DNA of 56,323 bases, from NCBI RefSeq assembly GCF_001194135.2, contig NC_068981.1, positions 98,214,061 through 98,270,383 on the forward strand. The letters run 5' to 3'. A model generated the notes under the pieces. It was not told the origin of the DNA. It saw only the letters and a program-made list of their open reading frames with translations, and made no database searches. Position 1 is the first letter of the stretch. Each line of letters opens with the position of its first letter. A program made the position numbers and the translations under genes. The stretch is from Octopus bimaculoides (lineage: Eukaryota). This document shows positions 25,036-37,175 of the stretch, piece after piece.

Positions 25036-25409
25036 TCAGCAATTTATGCAACTTAATATGGAATAACAAATGAAAATTATGGGAAAAAACTTTAAATTAA
25101 GAAACTTAACTAATATCCAAAATAAAATCCTGAAATTAGGTACAAATCTGCAGTTATTAATTAATATAGCTAACCAATGTTATGGAATGAAATTATGGGA
25201 TTTATACAAGTATTTCCTTCCAAAACTGAAAAGAACAATCCAATTTCACCTATCTCATATATATAATCCCATATATTTAGAAACAGGCTTATTTTCCACA
25301 TTAATAATAATATTGTATTCTTCCAATAGCTTTTCATCTTTCAACCATTGTCACATGATACTGCTTTCCAAAACTTTTTATCTCCCTCTTCTTCTGCATG
25401 TGTGTAGTA

Positions 25410-25440
<31 letters not shown>

Positions 25441-25904
25441 AATTTTATATATTTATATCATGGTAATTTCACAACAAGCTAGTTCCTACTGCTGATCTCC
25501 AATCAATCTCCAACCATATAACCACATAACCAAACACCGGCATCACCTCACACACACCAAGGTAGTGATGTAGCCAAATGCCATGCATCATCTCTTTGTT
25601 CTCATATTTACAGATGTTTACAGATATTTCTACACCAGTGATAATGTAGAGTGAACAGTGATTCCTGCAGAGTAGACAGGCAATTTGCACTCAATACACC
25701 TGATCATCATCATCTTTCTTCTCCCTTTTTCCCCTCACTTCTGTTAACATTCATACTAATATAGTTCTCACTGGTTGACCTAACTCAATGAACAGACAAT
25801 GTTTTTTTGTAAATCTATTTCAGAGTGTTCGCAACAAATGGAATTAATCAGCAGCAACTACTATTCCAGTACCAATTACTAGTATTACTACCACTACTAC
25901 TACC

Positions 25905-26530
25905 AATAACAATAATAATAATAAAGATTTCAAATTTTGGCACAAGGCCAGGAAATTCGGTTGGGGTGGGAGTGATAAGTTGATCACATCAACACCAGTG
26001 TTCAAATGGTACTTATTTTATTGACCCTGTAAAGATGAAAAGCAAAGATGACCTCAGCAGAATTTGAACTCAGAACATAACGACAGACAAAATGCTACTA
26101 AACATTTTGCCCTGTGTGCTAATAATTCTGCCACCTGGCCGCCTTAAATAATAATAATAATAATAATAATAATCCTTTCTATTATAGGCACAAAGCTTGA
26201 AATTTGGTGGGAAGGAGTAGTCAATTACATTGACTCCAGTACTCAACTGGTATTTATTTCATCAACCCCAAAATGATGAAAGGTAAAGTTGACCTCAGCA
26301 GAATTTGAACTCAGTATGTAATGTGTCAGAAGAAATACTGCAAAGCATTTGTTTTCCAACATTCTAACAGTTCTGCCAGCTCCCCACCATAAATAACAAA
26401 ATAATAATAATAACAATGATTTCAAATTTTGGCACAAGGCCAGCAGTTTTATTTTTTTTTGGGGGGGGGGGTCAAGTCCATTCAATCAACACCTGTGCTC
26501 AGCTGGTACTTATTTTATCAACCCTGAAGA
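25905..26530 (-). mobile_element. Head-to-tail array of three Family A SINEs joined by (AAT)n
   Basis: Units ~25905-26145, ~26147-26389 and ~26391-26530 (truncated). Confidence 0.85.
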
Positions 26531-26891
26531 GATGATAATGATGATGATAATAATAATAATAATAATCCAACCATCATATTACACTGCCCCTATAACCTCT
26601 GCAATACCACTGCCAATCAACTCCGACATCACAGTGATATATCTCTGAAGAAGACTATCTTGTAATGTCAACTGTAAGTTAGTTAAAAATTACTGACCTA
26701 GTTTAACCAAGAATTAACAGTGAAAACTATCAGTGATTATAGGCTGAGCTGTATTACTGCAGCTTCAGCTGAGGAATTTCCTTTAGTAAAAATATTGATC
26801 TGGCAAGGAGCAGAGATGGAACAATGGCAGACAAGCTTAACAGGAGGAAAATATATGTGTGTGTGCGTGTGTGTGTGTATATGCATGTGTG

Positions 26892-26934
<43 letters not shown>

Positions 26935-27660
26935 NNNNNNNNNNNNNNNNNNNNNNNNNNNNNNNNNNNNNNNNNNNNNNNNNNNNNNNNNNNNNNNNNN
27001 NNNNNNNNNNNNNNNNNNNNNNNNNNNNNNNNNNNNNNNNNNNNNNNNNNNNNNNNNNNNNNNNNNNNNNNNNNNNNNNNNNNNNNNNNNNNNNNNNNNN
27101 NNNNNNNNNNNNNNNNNNNNNNNNNNNNNNNNNNNNNNNNNNNNNNNNNNNNNNNNNNNNNNNNNNNNNNNNNNNNNNNNNNNNNNNNNNNNNNNNNNNN
27201 NNNNNNNNNNNNNNNNNNNNNNNNNNNNNNNNNNNNNNNNNNNNNNNNNNNNNNNNNNNNNNNNNNNNNNNNNNNNNNNNNNNNNNNNNNNNNNNNNNNN
27301 NNNNNNNNNNNNNNNNNNNNNNNNNNNNNNNNNNNNNNNNNNNNNNNNNNNNNNNNNNNNNNNNNNNNNNNNNNNNNNNNNNNNNNNNNNNNNNNNNNNN
27401 NNNNNNNNNNNNNNNNNNNNNNNNNNNNNNNNNNNNNNNNNNNNNNNNNNNNNNNNNNNNNNNNNNNNNNNNNNNNNNNNNNNNNNNNNNNNNNNNNNNN
27501 NNNNNNNNNNNNNNNNNNNNNNNNNNNNNNNNNNNNNNNNNNNNNNNNNNNNNNNNNNNNNNNNNNNNNNNNNNNNNNNNNNNNNNNNNNNNNNNNNNNN
27601 NNNNNNNNNNNNNNNNNNNNNNNNNNNNNNNNNNNNNNNNNNNNNNNNNNNNNNNNTATG

Positions 27661-27697
<37 letters not shown>

Positions 27698-28375
27698 CAT
27701 ACCTATGTATATAAGTATATGCACATATATATATATATATATATATACAGTGAATAACAACAATATTGACAATAATGATAATAATAATAACAGTAAGTGA
27801 ATATACAAATGAGAAAAAGGAAAAGCAAAAGAAATGGAATATTGAAGTGAAAATAATATGTTTATAATGAAGTGTGGAGGTAAATTGAACAATACAGAGA
27901 GGAAATGTAACAAGGCAACAATAGTAAGGTCGGAAAAATAAAACAGGGAAATGGGAAGGGTTCTTTTTTTCCTTTTTTTTTTTTTTTCACACACATATAC
28001 ACATACACAATCATTTGCTTCAATGGAAGAAGTAAAAACTTGGAGGAAACAAAGTGAAAAGAAAGGAAAGGAAATTAGAGGCTAAGGAGAGCTTAATTAT
28101 TGAAAGTGTAATATAAAATCAATGAACAGATGAATTAAGAAACTTGCACTTGTGGTAAAAGAATACTTCCAAAAACCTAACATGTAAACAAGGAGCCGTT
28201 AATGTGTTCATTTGATCTGCTAGAAAAAGCAGCCAAATCTCCCTTGACTTACACCTTATTGTCTTGAAAAGGGAAAAGCACATTAGATAATGTAAAGACA
28301 CATAATATCCATGAGAAGGTTGGGGTGATCATAGTCAGAACACTTTTGATCATAGGTCTGTACAGTTAGATATGT

Positions 28376-28750
28376 TGGCACTCCATCGCTTACGACGTCG
28401 AGGGTTCCAGTTGATCCGATCAACGGAACAGCCTGCTCGTGAAATTAACGTGCAAATGCCTGAGCACTCCACAGACACGTGTACCCTTAACGTAGTTCTC
28501 GGGGATATTCAGTGTGACACAGTGTGACAAAGCTGACCCTTTGAATTACAGGCACAACAGAAACAGGAAATAAGAGTGAGAGAAAGTTGTGGTGGAAGAG
28601 TACAGCAGGGTTCGCCACCATCCCCTGCCGGAGCCTCGTGGAGCTTTTAGGTGTTTTCGCTCAATAAACACTCACAACACACGGTCTGGGAATCAAAACT
28701 GCGGTCCTATGACCACGAGTCCGCTGCCCTAACTAGGCCATTGCGCCTCC
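28376..28750 (-). mobile_element. tRNA-derived SINE (Family D tail, different head/body) inserted into a Family B repeat
   Basis: Minus-strand head GGAGGCGCAATGGCCTAGTTAGGGCAGCGGACTCG; ~170-bp tail shared with 28905-29226. Family B halves flank it (28195-28375, 28751-28790), with AGATATG near both junctions. Confidence 0.87.
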
Positions 28751-28904
28751 ACACAGATATGACTAGGGGCTAAACAGCAATAACAACTACCTCCTTAAAG
28801 CTCAATGGGGTTTCAAGAACCCGAACCACAATTCACAAGGTATGAAGTGATGAAAGAGAAATCTCTGTCTTGATATCAGTCTATTGTTACTGTTAACATG
28901 TGAA

Positions 28905-29226
28905 GGCGCATGGCTTAGTGGTTAGGGTATTCAACTTATGGTCGTAAGGTTGTGAGTTCAATTACAAGCAGCGTGTTGTGTCCTTGAGCAAGACACTTTA
29001 TTTCATGTTGCTTTAGTCCACTCAGCTGGTGAAAATGAAATGAGTAGTACTTGTATTTCAAAGGCCCAGCCTTGTCACATTCCATGTCACAACTGAATCT
29101 GAGAACTATGTAAAGGATACACATGTCTGTGGAGTGCTCAGCCACTTGCACGCTAATTTCACAAGCAGACTGTTCTGTTGATCGGATCAACTGGAACCCT
29201 CGTCTCTGCAACTGATGGAGTGCCAC
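28905..29226 (+). mobile_element. tRNA-derived SINE Family D, CORE-like central segment
   Basis: A-box TGGCTTAGTGG, B-box GAGTTCAATT, GTTGTGTCCTTGAGCAAGACACTT resembling the CORE domain, tail ...GATCGGATCAACTGGAACCCTCG...GGAGTGCC. Confidence 0.87.
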
Positions 29227-29462
29227 ATACATATTACAGTTAACATTACTGGATGACCTGACAATAATTAGCACAAGTACGACTGGCACAGGCATGACTG
29301 GTACAAGTGTGACCTTCTGGTTAAGAAGCTTGCTTCCAATCCTGTGGTCTTGGGTTCAGTCCCACTGCATAGTACCTTGGGCTGACTGAAGCTTTGTGAG
29401 TAGATTTAGAAAACAAAAACTGAAAGATGCCCGTTGTGTGTCTGTCTGTCTGTGCGCATGCT

Positions 29463-29790
29463 CATATAACAGGCACTCCCTCTGTTATGACAATGAATAG
29501 CCAAATTCATCCAATCAATGGAACAGCCTGCTCGTCAAATTGATATGCAAATGGCTGAGTACTCCACAGAGCATGCATACCCTTACTGTAGCTTTCAGGG
29601 AGATTCAGCATGACGTAGAAAGTGATAAGGCTGGCCCTTTGAAATACAGGTACTACTCATTTTTGCCAGCTGAATGGGCTGGAGCAATGTGAAATAAAGT
29701 GTCTTGCTCGAGGACACAATGCACTGCCAGAAATCAAACTCATGACCTTATAGTTCATGAGCCAAATACCCTAGCCACTAAGCCATGTGC
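29463..29790 (-). mobile_element. Diverged Family D SINE, followed by (CA)n at ~29793-29887
   Basis: Reverse complement aligns end to end with 28905-29226. Confidence 0.82.
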
Positions 29791-29865
<75 letters not shown>

Positions 29866-32800
29866 CACGCACACACATGCACACACATATATGTATATGT
29901 TTATGTATGTATGTATACCCTTGTCTGTATTCGACAGAGTAATTTGAATGTTAAAGGGTTGAACATCAATCTCCTGTCTCAGAGAGCCAGCAAAGATAAT
30001 AATGAGTACTGCTGACCACCCTGACTATAATTAAAAAGAAAAAGATATTCAGATACATATCATTGCAAAGCAAACTTTTTAACAATACAAGCTATATCTG
30101 GAGTAAACTATGAGAAGCAAGGAATTACAGCTGCTGATCCTTAGTTTTGTACACATTAATATGGAAGTGATAGTTCACCAGCATGATCTAAAAAGTGGAA
30201 AATATATCTAATTGCCTTAACTGTGGTTACTACAGTCTTTACTGAGTCATGTAAACTAAAGCAAGTCTTTTGCTTTGATAAGTTCGAACATGATATTTAT
30301 ATGCAAATTCCTTTTGATGTTACTTTCAAATTAAATATTTTCATCTTGGCTCAGTTCAAAATATTCAAAATAGTCACCAGTAAGAAAAATGCTGATAAGA
30401 CTGTCAATACAGAAAAAATGCCACATGGCTTTAGGGAAACTTTAAACTGGGAAAGAGTGCAGCACAAACCAATTGGCTAACTTGAAAGCTTTCATTAAAT
30501 TCCAGAGACATCAAGCACTTGAAAAGTTTACAGATGAGTGAATATTGATCTGACAGCTAAAACTCATCAATATGTTGGATATGTTGCACATGAAATCACA
30601 CAACGAATAAAACATTATGACAAAGAGAGATTTGTTGGGTTTTTTTTTTCCTATTTTTCATTCTATTTCAGCTGCACTAAATATATAAAGTTTTTAAAAA
30701 ATAGAAACAGGATAAATAAACACAAATATAAACCATCAAACAAGAATATTCCAAATAAAAGCTTCCAAAACTACTCCAAAAGGCCTGTTTTATGTCAAGA
30801 GATCTTTAATTTGGTGGTGTTTAATCATCTTTGACATATGGGCTCAATAACACTTTGCTGGAGAACTTGGGCAAACATATCAAGAAAAAGAAAAAAGAAA
30901 GTGTTATGAGCAGCTATTATGAGGCATTCAACACTCTGGAGTAATCAATCTAAGTGAACAAAGCATTCCATAGTATCTGCTTCAAATATTTAAATCGCAA
31001 GGAAATTACATTTCATACTTCATGGAAAGGAAGTCAAAACATCTTAATTTGGAAAATTCCACAATAAAAATATATTACATTGTATAATCAGAGAAACCTA
31101 TAAATAATTAGACCTCAAAGACAGAAGCTTTCAGTTAAGAACAGTTTAAACTGACATAAATCATAGCTTAGAATGAACATGATACAGCTGAACATATTTC
31201 CCCAAGATACCTATAAAACTGCTGACAGCATCTGACATGAGAAAATCTTCTGTCAAAATTGCTCTGCTCTATCCAACATTGATCAACTCGATGAGAAGTT
31301 TCCAAACAGGACTCATCATTTCATTACATATCCTAACAAAACTTTCCAGATTTCACTGACAAATCAAATGAGCCTCAAAAAAGCTCACTCTTCTACCTTA
31401 TGTATTACTATAGTAACAGTTCTCTGCTACACTCATCTCACAATTTCACCATATAGACTATATTCATGAACAATCTCAACACTGAAAACCACTTGCATAC
31501 AATCTCTAAACATCTAATTTGAATTATTTTCTCTTAACTTTATTATTATGTCTTTTAATTATGCAAATTATATCAGCCAAAATTTATTCATAACTCTCTG
31601 CTTATATATAAAATTCTTTATTAACTGATCAAGCTAGTTTGAATAGACTATTTTGTCCAGATTAATTCTAAAAAGCCACATGAATTCTAAAAACCCAAAA
31701 CATATCTGAAGCTTCACCTTGCCTGAACATACACTTACTCCCTAAGCCTGTAAATTAACTTAGAAAGATAAAGGTTAATCCTTAACATCTTGAAATTAAC
31801 TCTCCCCCTCCTCTTTTGTGAATCACTGACAACTAACACTAGGTTTTTGCCTCCTTTCTCCAGCTAAGTTGGAAATTTCAACTAATTAAAAAGTCTTTTG
31901 TGTACAACATGCAACACATTGCTCCTTGGCTATATATATCAAATCATTTCTCAAACTTTAACCCAATAATTTAATCTACTTCAACTGAAAAGCACCAATA
32001 CCACATATCTTAAAGAAACATTCACCCAAAACTCGTGCTCCCAACTTATAAACAATAAATACATAGCTAAAGCATCTCCTACCCCATATAATGGCCAAAA
32101 CTAAAAATCTGACAGCTTCTAATGAGAATCATATCTAGCCAAGACTACTGCACGAAGGCAATTCTTCATCTGTGCTTAGTGATATATCAGCCTTGAACAG
32201 ATGTAAATATTTTATTCATTACAGACAATTCAGAAGCTCATTTTTCCGAGTTTAATTCGACTTTAAGTCAACTTTATTTTTCATTTCTCTAGCATATAGT
32301 ACACAATACCATATATACAAAAAGCCTGTCAGAATAAAGTACCATTGTAGATGGAAGATTATGGCATAAAAAGGCAAGTTTATGAATATAGAAACTATTC
32401 AGAAAAATTAAATGTGAGGTGAAGGCACATGCTATAAGACAGAGCTGTACTACTTTTTGTTAATTAGGCAAGCTGGCAGACTTGGTAGTGTATTGGACAA
32501 AATGCTTAGCAACATTTCTTCTAGCTTTACATTCTGAGTTCAAATTCCACTGAGGTTGAGTTTGCCTTCCATTCATTCGCAGCTAGTAAAGTAAGTACCA
32601 GTTGACTGCTGGGATCAATGTAATTGAACAGTCTTCTCCCCACAAAATTTCAGGCTTTGTATCTATAGTACAAAGAATATTTGGCAAGTGTCTTTGTGTT
32701 GCCATTGAAATGAAATTATTTAGATGTAGATGAACAATGCTTAAAATCATGAAGGCACTGGGAATGAAATGATGACAGATTGCTGTAAATCATGCCATCT

Positions 32801-33577
32801 ACCACAGAATGACAACAGCCTACTGGCTGAAACCTGTAAAAGATTAAACCAAAAGCAAAAAAAAAAAGTAAGAAAAGAAAATAGCCAACAAGCTTGAAAC
32901 ATTGATGTCTGAGATTACTAATAGATGGCGACACTGAACGGACTGGGTGCTTTTACACCTTACCATAAGAGAAATATATTCTCCATGGTAACTGCAGTGT
33001 ATTTGCCTTTTAGCAGTTGAAATATGTGACGAACCTATTTCAACTTACCTAATTCTGCTCATACATAAACACTGCTGAGTGCTAATAATTTGTTAAAGAA
33101 AATTAGATTTAATTCCAGCCAGTTGTAAACTATAACTATAGAAACTAGTTAAAATCTTTAATTGCTAATTTTTCAATTGCTTCCTGTATAAATAAGCTAA
33201 GTAATTCCCCTTCACTAGATTCAAATGCAAGATTTACTGCATATTCTACAAACTATTATTTACCTCACTTTGGTATTTGATTCAGTAACATCTTGTTCTC
33301 TTAATGAAACCATTTAGATTAAAAGAGATAAGCTATCAATTAATAGTATCAATTGTAGAATAAAGATTATTACGATGATCTTAGCTCCAATGTCAGCTTT
33401 GGCATGGCTTCTACAGCTGAATGGCCTTCCTAATGCCTACTACTTGACAGAGTTTACTGAGAGCTTTGTACATGTTACCGGCACTGGTGAGGTTACCAAG
33501 TAACTGACAACCACAAGACTCCTCTCAACCTTAAGGGGAGGGGAATAGTATCAAGGGAAGTGACTTTATGCCAGGTG

Positions 33578-33612
<35 letters not shown>

Positions 33613-33634
33613 CACACACACACCAATCAATGAA

Positions 33635-34000
33635 ATTCCAACAGGCGCATGAGTGGCTGTGTGGTAGGAGGCTTGCTTCCCAACCACATGGTTCCGGGTT
33701 CAGTCTCACTGCGTGGTACCTTGGGCGAGTGTCTTCTACTGTTGCCTTGGATTGACAAAAGCATTGTAGGTAGATCTGGTGGACAGTAACTGAAAGAAGC
33801 TTGTTGTATGTGCCAGTGGCATGTGAAAAGCACCCACTACACTCTCAGAGTGGTTGGCATTAGGAAGGGCATCTAGCTGTACAAATCTTGCCAGATCAGA
33901 TTGGAGCCTGGTACAGCCTTTTGGCTTGACAGTCCTCAGTCAAACCGTCCAACCTATGTCAGTATGAAAAGCGGACATTAAATGATGATGATGATGATGT
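33635..34000 (+). mobile_element. SINE with Family C head and 'E' tail
   Basis: Head GGCTGTGTGGTAGGAGGCTTGCTTCCCAACC; tail AAAGCACCCACTACACTCT...CAAACCGTCCAACC...GGACATTAAATGATGATGAT. Confidence 0.85.
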
Positions 34001-36639
34001 GCACACACACACACAGAGCTTTTATCAAATAATTTTAAATACACATTTGATTGTTAGCATGAAAAGTATGCGAACAATCAAATGCGTATTTAAAATTATT
34101 TGGTAAAAGGTGTGTGTGTGTGTATGTGTGTGTGTGTGCATGTGTACACATTCATTGTAATAATTTGTAATACTTACAATAACAATATCTCTTTTACAAG
34201 TTGTACTATAACATAAATTTAGAAAGAGATAAATGAACACATGTATATACATTAAGGCTAAATCTAACTTCACCATCAAGATTCTACAATAGAGCTTCTG
34301 AAGGATTAAGTACCAATATAGTTGAACAGACCACTCACTCCTAGAACTATCTAAATCACCAGCATTATCATGCATAAGATAACACTCATCCCAATAATGA
34401 TCACAGATTAACATTATTATTAATCAATTTTTAACATTCAATCTCGGATCAGCTTTAGTCATGACTGACTGGTTCAAAAGAGCAGTCATAGCTATCAATA
34501 AATCTATCTTAGTTACTATAAACTGGGCAGATCAGTTCTAACTTCCATTCAGGAAACAAATTACTTTCAAATTCGTGATATTCTCATTTATTCAAGTTAA
34601 CAAGTACATACTAGTACACAAAAGGACTAAAACAAATAACAGCAAATCAACAAATAACATTGAAACACTTCATTGAGAGGTGAGTGGGAGATTAAGAAAA
34701 TAGAATTATATTTTATAATATTGCATGACACAGAATGAAGTGGTCATATGTAAGGGGATAACCTGATTGTATAAAGTTAATTCAGCTTTTTCTCAAACAG
34801 CAGGAGTGGGTACAATGAATTTATACATTTTCAAATAAGAGCAATAGCAACAAAGTCAGTTCTATTACAGGATAAGATTTCATGTTCAGAAGAGAGAAAC
34901 AGCAAAAACTATAGGAATATCTTATTAAGTAAAAATTTCATAATTAGGCTTTATAACAAGGAATATGTTCAAGGACAAACAGCAAGAAAATGAGTTTACA
35001 ACACAAACAGAGAATAAATAGATGTGGTATCAGGCTTGTGTGACTGGTTAGAAATAGCAACTAAATCTCTGTCCAATTATATCCTACTATCTCAAAAAAG
35101 AAATGACACATTGAATAATGTAGTTTTAAATACATAATGATTCGAAAAAAGGTATATGATGATTATGACTAGAATAAATGGTCTGCTTGATCAATAGGAG
35201 ATGACATGGGGCTAAATACTAACAACTTACAGTAAGATTACTAAAAGCAAAGTTGGTTTAAGACTACAGGAAAAAAAATAATAACCTAAAAAGAAATCTT
35301 TCTTCAAACCTTCACAATGCATAGAAATATGAAAAAAAATTTCTTGATGCATATATCAATACCAATGACTTATTTAAAATAACATCAACAAAAACAAAAG
35401 GAAATTTATGCATAAGAAAAACAAGAAACATTAAAGCAAAACTAAAATCAATATTGCCTTTGTCAAAGAATATCAATGATTGTCAACATTCTAAGCCTAG
35501 TAAGGCTTCTTCATTTAATACTGCTACAATAAGGAAGTGTGTTTTATTTCCTGTTGTAATTATTATTTTCCAAATTACTAGGATACATGAAGCCAATGTT
35601 TAAGTTCAGCCTTCATGGTATTAAACAGATCTGACATAAATCTTCCCTTGGCTAGGATGTTGGTCTATTACAAAAAGCTTTCCCTATTCTTATAAGAGGA
35701 CTGAATTCATCAGTGTAAACCAATGAATAACTACAACTTGTCACTTCCACAGTGCAATGGTGGATTGTTTGAAGCAATCAGTTATACTACTTGTGGTACC
35801 AACTTAGAACTTGGTGGAATCAACAGTTCAGAAATAAACACCTTGGTTAGAAACATGGAGTGTTGATGACAGGATACAAACTATTAAGCTCTTAACTAAT
35901 TGTCCAGTACCATATTAACTCACTTGCCTGATATCTTATCTCTTATATAAAATAGACGTGTGTGTGTGTGTATTTGCTTTTCACATGGAAACAGCAGCGC
36001 AAATTGCTTCCATACTTGGAATGCATGAATAATTTAACCTCAGATACAGGTCTTCAGTTTATTTTTTTATTAAAGATAAATAGTATTGTTTTTATATATA
36101 TGATTCACTTCTTTAAAAAGGTTTCTCAATGTCAACTTCCAGTATTGACATAGCAACAGGGAAATTTTCCGTTTTCATTTGCAAAACCTCACACTTTCTA
36201 TTTTAACATTTTCTTTTCAAGTTTTAATTCGCTATTTGCAAACAACTACGCTAAATTACTGAAAGAAATATTTACCAAGTTCACAAATTTAAATATTCAG
36301 TACAAGATAGTTTTCAACAAGATTTTATTTATACAATTTTTTCATTTCATGTTTATTTCATTCATTGTTTATGATGTTCTCTCTCTTTCTCACTCTCTCA
36401 CTCCAGGTTTGATTTCGTCATTACACAAATATCACATTAGAATTTTGCAATTCAACATGGGACATCCAAAAAAGTATGGGCACTCTTTCGCTTGAATCCA
36501 CACACTTCATTAATTTCCGTAAATTTTTTTTTATTTATTTACCCTTTGTGCAGCGTGTTCAGCTCTGTGTGTTTGTAGTTAGTCACACATGCACACATGT
36601 TTTTGTATGTACATTTGTATACATTTATGTAAGTGTGTG

Positions 36640-36843
36640 TGTGTGTGTAAAAGAGAGAGAGAGAGAGAGAGAAGGGGTATGTTGTCATGTATACATAGAT
36701 AAATACATATGCATACATCTTTTTTGTATGTGTGTGTGCGTGTGAGACACAGAGAGAGTGATGTCTAAGTAGCACTCTCTCACAAACATATGCACACATA
36801 CATACAAAAAACATGTATGCGTATGTATACATGAAAACACACC

Positions 36844-36883
<40 letters not shown>

Positions 36884-36892
36884 TCCATTTCC
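36640..36892. repeat. Imperfect ~120-bp inverted repeat of microsatellite-rich sequence inside the Helitron
   Basis: Left arm (TG)n-(AG)n-AAGGGGTATGTTGTCATGTATACATA...GAGAGAGTG; spacer ATGTCTAAGTAG (~36761-36772); right arm is its approximate reverse complement. Confidence 0.85.
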
Positions 36893-37175
36893 TCTGATGT
36901 TTGATACTCTGTGTGTGTATGTGCATGTGTGTGTGTATGTGTGTGTGCATGTGTATGTGTGTGCACGCACGTGTGCGTGCACAGGGCATTCCAGATTCAC
37001 CATTTAAGTCAATCATTCTTGTGAAGATATTCACGTAACTCATTTTTTTGTTTAATCCCCATTTTAATTTTCCAAAAGGTTTCTTAAAAGAATGTTCTTT
37101 CTCTCTACAAGAGGAGACAGGGTAGATATAGATGATCAGTATTCTACAGTGAAGCAAAGATGAGTACAGGTAACC

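Noticed and set aside
19107-27994. Long ORFs (270-390 aa) in the ORF track
   Set aside because: They run through N-gaps and microsatellites; no real coding content.
28905-28975. tRNA-like sequences (also 11554, 28680-28750 and Family A/C heads)
   Set aside because: They continue into SINE bodies and lack a complete cloverleaf; not tRNA genes.
31739-31747. Possible 9-nt microexon (TTTACAG|GCTTAGGGA|GTAAGT, minus strand)
   Set aside because: Good splice signals, but such matches arise by chance in AT-rich DNA; no host gene context; overlaps a possible LINE relic.
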